DNA from: a candidate division WOR-3 bacterium
Lineage (GTDB): Bacteria > Hydrothermota > Tepidihabitantia > B3-TA06
Direction: 5' to 3'
NCBI GenBank assembly: GCA_965649265.1
Contig: CBFGKC010000007.1
Span: 1-64,000 of the forward strand
DNA: 64,000 nucleotides
Positions 1 to 10,121 of the stretch are shown here, one piece after another. A model generated the notes under the pieces. That model saw nothing but the letters and a program-made list of their open reading frames with translations. It had not been told where the DNA came from and searched no databases. The position numbers were made by a program, and so were the translations under genes. Position 1 is the first letter of the stretch, and every line of letters begins with the position of its first letter.

Positions 1-1
1 G

Positions 2-550
2 TTATATCTCGTTGAAGGACCCGTGATCTTGTTTGAGACCTCCTCCCCCGTGAACCAGCTTATGCGTATAAGACGCGACACCACTGACATTTACTATCCG
101 GAGGATAACAAGCTTTTCGTAATAATCTCAAAAAGCAATATCCCCGGCAAAAACACCTCTATTTCAGGCGTTCTTGAACTGAACATGGAAAAGGAACTCC
201 ACGACGCAGGTTTCAGGATCGAGCGGCCGTACAAAAAGGGTGATACCACGCTCCTGCGCTGGCAAGCGCCGGACCAGCCTGAGATAATAACCGGAAGTAT
301 AGGTGAGGATCTGGTCGTATTCAGAACAAGAGGAAAGGCGTGGGCGATGGAACTCCAGTTCAGGGATTACAGGCAGATAGACGGCAAGAGATACCCGCTG
401 CACCTGCGCTCAATTGTAACGAAACCGGGCATCAAAAAGATGGAGGAACTCAGACTCGAGAATCCTCTTCTTGACACCACCTTACCTTATGGATACAGGG
501 AAGACTGGACAAAGCGCGAAGGGGTTGAGATAAAAACAGTCGAGTGGTAA
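2..550 (+). CDS. Hypothetical protein, 5' partial (possibly periplasmic beta-rich)
   Basis: Frame is open from the window edge to TAA at 548-550; no recognised motif. Confidence 0.6.
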   Translation, partial: LYLVEGPVILFETSSPVNQLMRIRRDTTDIYYPEDNKLFVIISKSNIPGKNTSISGVLELNMEKELHDAGFRIERPYKKGDTTLLRWQAPDQPEIITGSIGEDLVVFRTRGKAWAMELQFRDYRQIDGKRYPLHLRSIVTKPGIKKMEELRLENPLLDTTLPYGYREDWTKREGVEIKTVEW

Positions 551-578
551 ATCACCGTGGTGCGATTCATGTGGAACG

Positions 579-606
579 TTGACATTCAATTAACTCTGGA
601 TAATCT
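579..606 (+). promoter_or_regulatory. sigma70-like promoter, probably leaderless
   Basis: TTGACA-16bp-TAATCT; ATG at 613 lies 6 nt downstream with no SD. Confidence 0.55.
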
Positions 607-609
607 TAG

Positions 610-1533
610 ATGATGGCATCAAGAAAGCTTCTTAATGTATCCGGTATACTTATTGTCTTGTTCATTTTCACTTCATGTCCGCCGCCGTCAAAACCCAAGA
701 TTGAAATTGGCACTTACGACATACTGCTCGACTACGATCAGGAACATAAAACCAACATCGCTCAGGTCTACAAAAATACAATGGATCGTTTTTACGACTG
801 GAATCCCACAAAGGATGAGATAACGGAAATCACCGATACGGTCAACGGTTATGTCTTTCACGTCTTCGGAATCCGCCACCAGTCAAGGCTGACAATCATA
901 AGGTTTTTAAGAAGCGTGCTTCCGTTCATAAACAATCCTCGCGAGTGGGTTTTTTTCGTGGAAGGAGCGACGGGAGACACCGTTATTTTGCCTGAGGTCT
1001 ATTTTTTAAAAGGTGTGGCCAAAGAACTGGATATCCCGACCTTCGACCCCATAGTACCTACCCTGGGGAAAGAAGTTACCGAAAAACTCCTTCTGGGCAC
1101 CCCGCCCATGGTCACTATCAAGGATATACACTTCGCTTTGTTCAACGATCTGTTTCCTACACCCGAAGCCCTGCACTCGTTATCTCCCGTAACCAGAGAG
1201 AACTATATCAAGATGATTACCTCCTACAGCCTCTTCCCCCACGATTCAATAAAGAACCTTCTGGAGGAATACGACACGGAATACCTCGCTCACCCGATAA
1301 AGCTCACCCTTGCGCAGAAAGTTTTCTCGCAGATTCGCAGCGACATGATAGATACGTCAAACGTTCTCAGTCGTGAAAGATTTTCAGAACAACTAGCCGG
1401 GCTCAAGAATAGAAAACATATATTCATATGCGTCGGCAGCTACCATCTCCCGGCATTTAAAAACATCAACGACGTCGTAGAAAGAATTTACCAAATCCAC
1501 ATGTCAGCAGAGGAGGAACCATCAACGAAATAG
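610..1533 (+). CDS. Lipoprotein, possible TraB/GumN/Tiki (EreA/ChaN superfamily) metalloenzyme fold
   Basis: Lipobox FTSC; motifs VFGIRH, FFVEG, ICVGSYH. Confidence 0.6.
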   Translation: MMASRKLLNVSGILIVLFIFTSCPPPSKPKIEIGTYDILLDYDQEHKTNIAQVYKNTMDRFYDWNPTKDEITEITDTVNGYVFHVFGIRHQSRLTIIRFLRSVLPFINNPREWVFFVEGATGDTVILPEVYFLKGVAKELDIPTFDPIVPTLGKEVTEKLLLGTPPMVTIKDIHFALFNDLFPTPEALHSLSPVTRENYIKMITSYSLFPHDSIKNLLEEYDTEYLAHPIKLTLAQKVFSQIRSDMIDTSNVLSRERFSEQLAGLKNRKHIFICVGSYHLPAFKNINDVVERIYQIHMSAEEEPSTK

Positions 1534-1577
1534 CTCCCCTTTCCGCCACCGACTGGACTCGCCTCAGCGCCGATGAG

Positions 1578-4109
1578 GTGGCAGCGTTGCTCAAGACCGA
1601 TCTCAAAAACGGACTTTCAAAGGAAGATGCAAAAAGAAGACTCCTGGAGGACGGCCCTAACCGCTGGGCCGACGAAAAGAAGGCAAATCCTGTACTCATG
1701 TTCCTCGGTCAGTTCCTTGACCCTATCGTGATAATTCTTCTTGCGGCCCTTATCGTTTCGGGATTTGTGCTCGGTGAATGGCTGGATGCCGGAGCAATAG
1801 GAGTGATACTGATCTTGAACGCGATACTCGGCTTTGTCCAGGAGTACAGGGCTGAAAAGGCGATGGCCGCCTTGAAAAAGCTTTCCGCTCCACGCACCAA
1901 CGTAATCCGCGACGGCCAGATAATCGAGATAAATACGGAGGACCTGGTCCGGGGGGACCTGGTGCTTCTTTCAGCGGGCGATAAGGTTCCCGCAGACGGC
2001 CGTCTATTCGACGCCAAGCACATCCTGGTTGATGAGTCCAGTCTGACCGGCGAATCGGTGGCCGTGGATAAACAAATAGACCCCCTCATGCACGAGACGC
2101 GCCTGGTGGCGGAGAAAAGGAACATGGCGTTCCTGGGAACCAACGTCGTCAAGGGACGCGGCGCGCTGGTCGTTACGGCCACGGCGAAGGCGACCGAACT
2201 CGGCAAGGTCGCCGAGGCGCTCTCGGAGAAAGAGGAGCAAACGCCGCTCGAAAAGGATTTAAAAAAACTTGGCGGGAAGATACTTTTCATTTGCCTGGGT
2301 GCAAGCGCCGTCGTGTTCCTGGTGGGGCTTTTCAACCAGATTAACTGGCTCGAGATATTACTCGTGGCCATCAGCCTTGCCGTCGCCGCGATACCGGAGG
2401 GGCTTCCTGCCGCGGTCACCATCGCGCTCGCGATGGGTGTGCGCAGAATGGCTGAACGACGCTCAATAGTACGCAAGCTTCACGCCGTGGAAACGCTCGG
2501 TGCCACCACTTTCATATGTACCGACAAGACGGGCACTCTCACCGAAAACCGCATGCAGGTCGAAAAGGTCATACCCTTCCACCAGAAGGACGAAGGCATG
2601 CTGGTTCGCTCCATGCTGCTCTGCAACGACACGCGCAAAACCGCAAGCGAGTTTGCAGGCGACCCGACAGAGACCGCGCTCGTGAGATACGCGGAAAACG
2701 AAGGGTTCGATTACGAGGAGATGAAAAAGTCGCACCCGAGGGTGGACGAACTTGCGTTCGATTCGGACAGGAAGATGATGACGACCCTGCACCGCTGGAA
2801 CAAAGGACTCATATCGATGACGAAGGGCGCGCCGGAACAGATAATCCTGCGCTCGGCCAATCTCGATTCCAAAGCCCGGGAGACGTGGCTCGGACGCTGC
2901 GACGAACTCTCCCGCGAGGGTTTCAGGCTCCTCGGGTTCGCAGAAAAGGAGGTCAACATCTCCTCTGTCGATTCTTCGCTCGAGGAAGACATGCGGTTTC
3001 TGGGAATAGTCGCGGAGAGCGACCCGCCGCGCAAAGAGGTTCCCGCCGCCCTTGCGGAATGCGCGAAGGCCGGAATAGGAGTCGCAATGATAACGGGCGA
3101 CCACGCGTCAACTGCCCGCGCCATCGGAGCAAGGATAGGACTCAGCGGCGGGGTGATGTCGGGCGAGGAACTCGCCGAGATCTCCGACGCGGAACTCCAC
3201 GACCGCGTTGAAGGTATAAGCGTTTATGCGAGGGTCTCCCCCCTTCAAAAAGCGAAGATTCTCGAAGCCCTCAAGTACCGGGGCCACGTCGTGGCGATGA
3301 CAGGGGACGGCGTCAACGACGCGCCTGCGATAAAGCGAGCCGACATCGGCATATCCATGGGCATCACGGGCACTGACGTAGCAGTCGAGGCCTCACAGAT
3401 GGTTTTGACCGATGACAATTTCGCGACGATAGTTTCCGCCGTAAGAGAGGGACGGCTCATCTTTTCAAACATAAAGAAGTTCGTCCACTTCTTGCTTTCC
3501 TGCAACGTCAGCGAGGTTCTCTCGGTGCTTCTGGCCTCGATCATAGGAATGCCTTTCCCCCTCTTCCCCATCCAGATACTATGGGTGAACCTGATAACCG
3601 ACGGACTGCCGGCGCTTGCCCTGGGTACGGACAAGCCGTCCTCAGGCCTTATGGCCAGGCCGCCCAGAAAAACATCCGAGGGCATAATAAGCCAGATGGG
3701 GCTCGTGGGAATCTTTATTCAGGGCGTGATCCTGACTGCCGGCGTTCTCGGCGCTTATGCCGCCGAGTTATACCTCCTGCCTTCATGGCTCGGATACAAG
3801 TCCGATATCGGCACAGCCCGAACGGTCGCTTTTTCGACCCTCGTTCTTAGCCAGCTTTTGCATGCTTACAACTTCAGGGTAGAAAAGAAATTCCTCTTCT
3901 CCCGCGAGACTCTTAAGAATCTGTTTCTCAACCTTGCATTCCTTTTCTCTCTCGTCCTCCAGGCACTTGTTATTTTCCTTGCACCCTTGCAGCTCATCTT
4001 CAAAACATCGCCCTTGAACTGGATCCATCTCATCGTCGTTCTCGTGGCCTCGCTGATACCGGTCATTGGAATAAACATCTTCCGCCGACATGCCGGAAGA
4101 CTGGTGTGA
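1578..4109 (+). CDS. P-type IIA cation (Ca2+)-transporting ATPase; true start probably upstream (~1521)
   Basis: LTGES, PEGL, DKTGTLT, KGAPE, MITGD, TGDGVND motifs. Confidence 0.95.
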   Translation: MAALLKTDLKNGLSKEDAKRRLLEDGPNRWADEKKANPVLMFLGQFLDPIVIILLAALIVSGFVLGEWLDAGAIGVILILNAILGFVQEYRAEKAMAALKKLSAPRTNVIRDGQIIEINTEDLVRGDLVLLSAGDKVPADGRLFDAKHILVDESSLTGESVAVDKQIDPLMHETRLVAEKRNMAFLGTNVVKGRGALVVTATAKATELGKVAEALSEKEEQTPLEKDLKKLGGKILFICLGASAVVFLVGLFNQINWLEILLVAISLAVAAIPEGLPAAVTIALAMGVRRMAERRSIVRKLHAVETLGATTFICTDKTGTLTENRMQVEKVIPFHQKDEGMLVRSMLLCNDTRKTASEFAGDPTETALVRYAENEGFDYEEMKKSHPRVDELAFDSDRKMMTTLHRWNKGLISMTKGAPEQIILRSANLDSKARETWLGRCDELSREGFRLLGFAEKEVNISSVDSSLEEDMRFLGIVAESDPPRKEVPAALAECAKAGIGVAMITGDHASTARAIGARIGLSGGVMSGEELAEISDAELHDRVEGISVYARVSPLQKAKILEALKYRGHVVAMTGDGVNDAPAIKRADIGISMGITGTDVAVEASQMVLTDDNFATIVSAVREGRLIFSNIKKFVHFLLSCNVSEVLSVLLASIIGMPFPLFPIQILWVNLITDGLPALALGTDKPSSGLMARPPRKTSEGIISQMGLVGIFIQGVILTAGVLGAYAAELYLLPSWLGYKSDIGTARTVAFSTLVLSQLLHAYNFRVEKKFLFSRETLKNLFLNLAFLFSLVLQALVIFLAPLQLIFKTSPLNWIHLIVVLVASLIPVIGINIFRRHAGRLV

Positions 4110-4759
4110 AGACCGGTGATTTACCGGACGTTTTAAGAATACTCCGCACTGAAGCGAATAAATACGCCTCCCCCGTATCCGAACGCCAGCACGCACATGC
4201 CGACGCCTTCAGGGTCCTCGTATCGGTACTGCTTTCCGCAAGAACCAAAGATTCGACCACGGATAAAGTTGTGGACAGGCTTTTCGCCTGCATTTCATCT
4301 CCCCGCGATCTCGAGGCGATACCTGCGATCAAGCTCGAGAAAATGCTTATGCCTATAGGTTTCTACCGCACCAAGGCAAAACACCTTAAAGAGACTTCAC
4401 GGATGATTATCGAGGAATTCGGGGGAAAGGTGCCGGAAACGATGGAAGACCTGCTGAAACTCCCTGGCATAGGCCGCAAGTCGGCCAATCTTATACTGGG
4501 CCTCGTGTTCGGCAAACCCGCAATTTGTGTAGACACGCACGTTCACCGCATCACCAACAGGTGGGGGTATGTGAAGACTTCGACGCCTTTCGAGACCGAG
4601 ATGGCGCTCCGAAGGAAGCTGCCCGAAGAATACTGGATAGAGATAAACCGGCTGCTCGTAATATACGGGCAGAACGTGTGCACTCCTCAGTCACCTCACT
4701 GCTCAGTGTGCAAAATCGAAAAGTACTGCAGCAAAGCCGGTGTTACGAGAACCCGTTAG
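4106..4759 (+). CDS. nth: Endonuclease III
   Basis: HhH LPGIGRKSA, VDTHV, C-X6-C-X2-C-X5-C cluster. Confidence 0.95.
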   Translation: MKTGDLPDVLRILRTEANKYASPVSERQHAHADAFRVLVSVLLSARTKDSTTDKVVDRLFACISSPRDLEAIPAIKLEKMLMPIGFYRTKAKHLKETSRMIIEEFGGKVPETMEDLLKLPGIGRKSANLILGLVFGKPAICVDTHVHRITNRWGYVKTSTPFETEMALRRKLPEEYWIEINRLLVIYGQNVCTPQSPHCSVCKIEKYCSKAGVTRTR

Positions 4760-4795
4760 GGTAAATGGCTTTTCGGTGAGAACCGGGAGGACGCT

Positions 4796-5290
4796 TCAGG
4801 GAGCGTCTATTACGTCGAGGGTGACGTAGAGAATGCCTTCGCCTTCGCAGCAGCCCACTCCGGCCTCATCGTAGTCCGCGTCGAGCATTATCTGCCTGTG
4901 ACCTTCTGAGGCCAGCCAGGCATCTACAACTGCCGCCCCCAGAGAGTCCACGGAAATCTCGGATATCTGTGGATTCATTCTCATGTAAATATTCTCACCC
5001 GCCTTGAGAAATTCTATACCGGCGTTTTCGATGCGCTCATCGAAAGTAACACCACCAGGTGTTGTGTGTGAAAAGTAGTCTCTCGAATACATGTCTTCTG
5101 AATGATCCCGTGCGACATCTGAAAGGGCTTCATCATTTGCGAGCGCGCCTGCTCCGTTTTCGATCCTTGAATCGTTGATCCTTGAAAGTATGCATTCCTC
5201 GAGTTCAGAGATCCGCTCCGACTCGGGGCTCTGGCAGAACAAAGAAAAAAGAACGGGGATAATAATTACGGCTCCGCGGATTATCTTCAA
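4796..5290 (-). CDS. CAP/SCP domain lipoprotein
   Basis: ARDHSEDM..YFSH, AGENI, WLASEGHR. Confidence 0.9.
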   Translation of the reverse strand: MKIIRGAVIIIPVLFSLFCQSPESERISELEECILSRINDSRIENGAGALANDEALSDVARDHSEDMYSRDYFSHTTPGGVTFDERIENAGIEFLKAGENIYMRMNPQISEISVDSLGAAVVDAWLASEGHRQIMLDADYDEAGVGCCEGEGILYVTLDVIDAP

Positions 5291-5295
5291 CAGCT

Positions 5296-7260
5296 CTATC
5301 CTCCGTTGCCTGCGAGAACCAGTTTGTTTCGCCCGCTTTCCTTCGCCTTGTACAGCGCGGAATCGGCGGAACGGACTAGCTCCTCGCGTGTTCTGGCGTC
5401 GCGTGGATAAAAAGCGCCTCCCACGCTCGCCGTCACCTGTATCGTTCCTTCGCGAATTCTTATCATCGCCCTGCGAATGGCCGCCAGCACCTCCTCCCCC
5501 CTGCCGTGCATCTCCTTCTGTGCGACTCCCGAAATTATGAGCGCGAACTCCTCGCCGCCGTAACGTGCGGCAATCCCCTTGTCCTTGATCACTTCTGCGA
5601 TCTTCTTGAGAACCATGTCTCCCACGGGATGGCCGTACGTGTCGTTTATCTTCTTGAAGAAATCAATGTCGATGATGAATAAACCGAGGGACGGTGATTT
5701 CGTGATTGCGGTCGCGAGTTCTTCCTGAAAGGCCCTGTGATTGAGAAGACCGGTGAGTCCGTCCACGCGCGCCAGTCGCGCAAGCTCTTCCTGGTAACGA
5801 ACCCTGAGGAAAGCTGCTCCCAGAAGAGTCGCGGCAAAACCGAGAATCTTGCCGTCGCGCTCGCTGTAGGCATCCGCTTCATTTTTTTCGAGCCAGAGAA
5901 CCCCCCTGGTGCCTTCCTTTTCCTCGAAACTGATGCCGAGAAACGTTCGATTGGCCGGCGATTTCTCTCCCGGACCTATCCTGTATAAACCGGGTTTGGT
6001 CATATCGCGGTGAACAAGGAAACCGTTGTGTTTTGCGGTCATCGCGACGAGACTCTGTGCCGGTTCAAAACGGAACCCCTTCTCGAAATCTTTTGAGCCG
6101 TCGTACCTCGAGACCTTGATTCCCTGCTTCTCACCGAGAGTCGCGAACCCGAGTGCGTCTGGAGAAAAAAGCTCGCGTGCCAGTTCAAAGCTCTTTTCGA
6201 TCAGTTCTTCCTCGGAAAGACCCGTGAGGAGATTGCCGGCCATCTCGTAAAGGCCTGAGAACCGAAGGGCCTCCCTGTGACGCTCCTCGTATTCCCGTGC
6301 GATCTCTATGTCGCGCGCCAGAAGAAAGGCAAGTTCGGAGAGGAAATTCTGATCGTATTCGGTAAACGGTCTCGCTGCATCGGCAACGAGAATCCCGAAG
6401 TTGCGGCCGGCTATTTGCACAGGAGTGGTCGCAAGAGAAAGGACATCCACCGGACCGGAGTAGTACCCCAGTCTCGAAACGTCTTCGCCGAGATCGTTTA
6501 ACACACGCGACTTTCCCTCACGCGCGAGAAAACCAATAAGTCCTTCGCCGAGTTCGAAACTCGCGTCATGACTCATCAACGCGGAATCCGAGCGCGCGGC
6601 GACAAGTTGAAGCTTGCCCGAGTTTATGATGAATAAAGAAACGGTGTGAACCCTTAAAGTATCGTACGCAAGCTCGACAAACCCCCGCCAGAGCGCGTCG
6701 GCATCTATAGAGTATTTTTCGTCCTTGAGTGCCGCGAGACGCTCGGAGCGCGGACTGGCAAGAGGATCGAGCCAGTGGTACTTGGCTCTCTCGCGCTCGA
6801 GGCTTTGCTCGAGATTTTTCGAAAATCTCTTTTCCTTTCTCAAGAAGAGAAACGCGAGAACGGCAAATCCGGCGAATGCCGCCAGCTGGCCGTAGGGAAA
6901 CGAAACTGAGGAAAGATGGAAAATTGCCGAACCCGACTCCAGAACAAGAACCGACGCGGCGGCGATGATGTATCGCAATGAGCTTGCCCGGAGACCTTCG
7001 ACGAAAAGCAAGAGAAAGTAGAAAAAAAAGAGCTGCGAGGTGGCGCCTCCGGTAAGCTGGACGGCGAGATTGGTTGCGGCTATTGCCGCAAAGAAAAACC
7101 AGAAGTGAGAGGAAAAGATGAGCAGTACTGCAGCCGCCACAGGCAGAGCCAGAAGATAAAGCGAGTTGACGCCGGAGTAAAGCTTTCCCGTAAAGCTGAA
7201 AAAGGCGTACGCCAGAAAAGGCAGATACAATGTGAGACCCAGAGCGTCCCTCCTCTTCAT
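5296..7260 (-). CDS. Membrane-bound GAF-GAF-GGDEF diguanylate cyclase
   Basis: N-terminal TM helices, two GAF-like segments, DGLTGLLN, DIDFFK.IND.YGH, YGGEEF. Confidence 0.92.
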   Translation of the reverse strand: MKRRDALGLTLYLPFLAYAFFSFTGKLYSGVNSLYLLALPVAAAVLLIFSSHFWFFFAAIAATNLAVQLTGGATSQLFFFYFLLLFVEGLRASSLRYIIAAASVLVLESGSAIFHLSSVSFPYGQLAAFAGFAVLAFLFLRKEKRFSKNLEQSLERERAKYHWLDPLASPRSERLAALKDEKYSIDADALWRGFVELAYDTLRVHTVSLFIINSGKLQLVAARSDSALMSHDASFELGEGLIGFLAREGKSRVLNDLGEDVSRLGYYSGPVDVLSLATTPVQIAGRNFGILVADAARPFTEYDQNFLSELAFLLARDIEIAREYEERHREALRFSGLYEMAGNLLTGLSEEELIEKSFELARELFSPDALGFATLGEKQGIKVSRYDGSKDFEKGFRFEPAQSLVAMTAKHNGFLVHRDMTKPGLYRIGPGEKSPANRTFLGISFEEKEGTRGVLWLEKNEADAYSERDGKILGFAATLLGAAFLRVRYQEELARLARVDGLTGLLNHRAFQEELATAITKSPSLGLFIIDIDFFKKINDTYGHPVGDMVLKKIAEVIKDKGIAARYGGEEFALIISGVAQKEMHGRGEEVLAAIRRAMIRIREGTIQVTASVGGAFYPRDARTREELVRSADSALYKAKESGRNKLVLAGNGG

Positions 7261-7318
7261 TGCCTGACTCTCAATTCCAGGGTGGATCGAACAAGGCTGA
7301 AGCCGCTCACACGAGAGA

Positions 7319-8815
7319 CTACCAGTGCGCGAAATGCCTGACGCCAGTGAATACCATAGCGATAGATTCCTTGTCTGCTGCAGCTATGACTTCATCGTCG
7401 CGCAAGGAACCACCGGGCTGAATTACCGCGGTCACACCCGAACCATAGATAGATTCGATAGAGTCGGCGAACGGAAAGAGTCCGTCCGACGCACATACGC
7501 GAACGCCTTCATATTTCTGCTCGCCTGCAAGCCTCAATGCCCTGCGAGCCGAATCGACGCGGTTCGGCAGGCCGCCGCCAATTCCCAGGCTCGTATTTTT
7601 ACCTGTAATGACAACGGAGTTGGAACGCGTGTGTTTGCAGAGCTTCCATGCGAAAAACATCGCATCGAGTTCTTCGCCCGTGGGCGCTCTCTTCGTCACG
7701 GCCTTCCAGGTTGAAGGGGGTTCGATTGAATTGTCGCGGTCCTGAAGCAGAAGACCGCCGAGGGTCGAGCGGATAGTCATGCCGGGCATTTCTCCCGAGT
7801 ACTGCACGAGCCTGAGCTTCTTCTTTTTTGCGAAAAGGTCGAGAAGGTCTTGCGAAGGCAACTCGGGAACGAGCAGAACCTCGACGAACTTCCCGGAAAG
7901 AAACTCGATGATTCCGCCGGTAAGCGGCCTGTTAAGCGCAATGACACCTCCGTATGCGGAACGCGCGTCCGCATTGTAGGCTCTTGCGAACACCTCCGCA
8001 TAATCCGCTGACCCTTCGCTCGCTGCGACGCCGCAAGGATTTGCGTGTTTCACTACGGCGACCGCGGGACGCTCGTACTCGCGGGCAAGAAGGATCGCGG
8101 CCTCCATGTCCATCAGATTGTTGTATGAAAGCTCCGGTCCCAGAAGCTCCTTGAATTCGAAACCCGCTCCGGCAAAGCGGTAGTAACTGCCCTTCTGGTG
8201 GGGGTTCTCGCCGTAACGAAGCGTCACTGGAGCCTCGGCACACACACGGAGAGTCTTGTCGTCGTAGCAAATACCGGACGCGGCCGAACCGCCGAGATAG
8301 GAACTTATTGCCGTATCGTATGCGGCGGTGCGTTGGAAAGCGGCGCGGGCAAAGCGTTCTCGCAGCTCGGGTGAGGGTTCGCCCTTTTCCTTGAGTTCCT
8401 TTACGAGTTCGTCGTACTGGTCAGGCGAGGAAACGACGGTCACATATTCGAAATTCTTGGCCGCTCCACGCAAGAGCGTCACTCCTCCGATATCTATGAA
8501 CTCGACCATTTCTTTAAGCGTGAGGGATTCCCTAAGTTTCTGCTCGAACGGGTAGAGATTGACTACGACTATCTGAATGCCTGCAGGCCTGCCGAGGATG
8601 TCGGTGTAGAGCTTAGTGTGAAGTGTCTTGACACGCCCGTCCGATGTCTCGGTGAAGCCCGTGTAGTTTGAAATTTCTATGACGCCGATGCCCGAACGCT
8701 CCAGATGCGCGGCTGTTCCTGACGTGGAAAGAATCTCGTAACCCGAATCCACAAGAGCCTTGCCTAAATCATCAAGCCCTTGCTTATCCCATACCGAAAT
8801 AATAGCCTTTTTCAT
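7319..8815 (-). CDS. purH: Bifunctional AICAR transformylase/IMP cyclohydrolase
   Basis: Start MKKAIISVWDK at 8815; GRVKTLH, IDIGG, LRYGENPHQ, GVRHFAH. Confidence 0.95.
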   Translation of the reverse strand: MKKAIISVWDKQGLDDLGKALVDSGYEILSTSGTAAHLERSGIGVIEISNYTGFTETSDGRVKTLHTKLYTDILGRPAGIQIVVVNLYPFEQKLRESLTLKEMVEFIDIGGVTLLRGAAKNFEYVTVVSSPDQYDELVKELKEKGEPSPELRERFARAAFQRTAAYDTAISSYLGGSAASGICYDDKTLRVCAEAPVTLRYGENPHQKGSYYRFAGAGFEFKELLGPELSYNNLMDMEAAILLAREYERPAVAVVKHANPCGVAASEGSADYAEVFARAYNADARSAYGGVIALNRPLTGGIIEFLSGKFVEVLLVPELPSQDLLDLFAKKKKLRLVQYSGEMPGMTIRSTLGGLLLQDRDNSIEPPSTWKAVTKRAPTGEELDAMFFAWKLCKHTRSNSVVITGKNTSLGIGGGLPNRVDSARRALRLAGEQKYEGVRVCASDGLFPFADSIESIYGSGVTAVIQPGGSLRDDEVIAAADKESIAMVFTGVRHFAHW

Positions 8816-8817
8816 TT

Positions 8818-10014
8818 CTACGCTCCGTATTTCTTTAAACGCTTTGCGTGAGCCATGAGAAGCGGCATCGCGTCCAGACTGTTCATGTGGCCCAAAAGGC
8901 CACGGGAGCAAATACGCTCGCTGAAACCCTCGACTCTCTCCATCCTCGCCGTACCGGGTGCGTAAAGAAGGAACGGGTTCGGATGCCACGAGTGACCGGA
9001 AAGAACGGCGGGAGTCGAATGGTCGCTCGTGATTGCGACGACTCCGAAACCCTCACCGAGTATCCTGGGAACAAGCTTGTCGAACTCCTCTATCAACTCG
9101 ACTTTCCTTTCGAAGTTACCGTCCTCGCCTGCCGCGTCGATCTCCTTGAAGTGAAGGTAGAAGAAATCAAAAGAATCATAGTTCGTCTCGAGTGTCACGA
9201 GTTCCTCTTCCCAGCCGGAACCTGTATCCAGCACCTGCATGCCGACCAGCCGGGCAAGACCGCGGTACATGGGATAAGTCGCAATGGCCGCCGCTTTGAG
9301 CCCGTACTGCTCCGGGAAGGGGATGAGGTCAGGCAGCGACGCGAACCCGCGTAAAAGTAATGTATTCGCTTCCTTTTCGGACGAGAGTATCTCTTGGGCC
9401 TGGAGCACGAACCTGTTTACGATGCGCGCCGTCTTTCCTGCATCCTCGGCGAGAGGTCTTATAATCGCCGGGGGGAACCCCTCCTTTTGCGGATCGGACT
9501 CGGTAAGTTCATGGCTGAGCCCACCGCCGTCAAAAACGACCACAAAACGGTGGCTCTTGCCCGGTCTGATTTGAATTCTGACATCCTCTATCTGGTCTAT
9601 TCTTTCGCTCAATTTCCTGCAAAGCCTTTCATTCTCCTCGGTAGCAATCCTTCCTGCCCTGCGGTCGGTTATGACTCCATTTTTCATGGTGGCGAAATTC
9701 GCGCGGGCGGCAACATCGCCGCGTTTTAAGGGATAATCCACTCCAAGCGCCTCAAGAACCCCCCTCCCTATCTCGTACTCCAGGGGATCGTAGCCGAAAA
9801 GGGCAAGATGTGCAGGGCCGGAACCGGGGGTGACACCGGCATCCACAGGTGTCGTGAGACCGAGCGAACTTTCCGCTGCAAGCGCGTCAAGATTCGGTGT
9901 CTTTGCTGTTTCGAGTTCTGTTTTACCATTGCGTTCCAGTCCGCCAAGTCCGTCAACTACAATTAAAAGTATCTTCGCCTTTGAAGGGACAATAAGATCG
10001 TTCAAAAAATCCAT
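8818..10014 (-). CDS. apgM: 2,3-bisphosphoglycerate-independent phosphoglycerate mutase (ApgM type)
   Basis: DGLGG, TPGSGPAHLALFGYDP, DHSTP; GGAGG before ATG 10014. Confidence 0.92.
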   Translation of the reverse strand: MDFLNDLIVPSKAKILLIVVDGLGGLERNGKTELETAKTPNLDALAAESSLGLTTPVDAGVTPGSGPAHLALFGYDPLEYEIGRGVLEALGVDYPLKRGDVAARANFATMKNGVITDRRAGRIATEENERLCRKLSERIDQIEDVRIQIRPGKSHRFVVVFDGGGLSHELTESDPQKEGFPPAIIRPLAEDAGKTARIVNRFVLQAQEILSSEKEANTLLLRGFASLPDLIPFPEQYGLKAAAIATYPMYRGLARLVGMQVLDTGSGWEEELVTLETNYDSFDFFYLHFKEIDAAGEDGNFERKVELIEEFDKLVPRILGEGFGVVAITSDHSTPAVLSGHSWHPNPFLLYAPGTARMERVEGFSERICSRGLLGHMNSLDAMPLLMAHAKRLKKYGA

Positions 10015-10052
10015 CGGGCCTCCATTTAGAGCTTCACTGTCAAGGAGCATGT

Positions 10053-10080
10053 ATTATAGATGAAAACGCGTTGACGTCAA
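10053..10080 (-). promoter_or_regulatory. sigma70-like promoter for the apgM-purH operon
   Basis: TTGACG-16bp-TATAAT on the minus strand. Confidence 0.65.
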
Positions 10081-10087
10081 CTTATGT

Positions 10088-10116
10088 TTGACATTCACGC
10101 TTGCCGGGGATATAAT
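10088..10116 (+). promoter_or_regulatory. sigma70-like promoter, probably leaderless
   Basis: TTGACA-17bp-TATAAT, ATG 5 nt downstream. Confidence 0.7.
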
Positions 10117-10121
10117 TTTTG

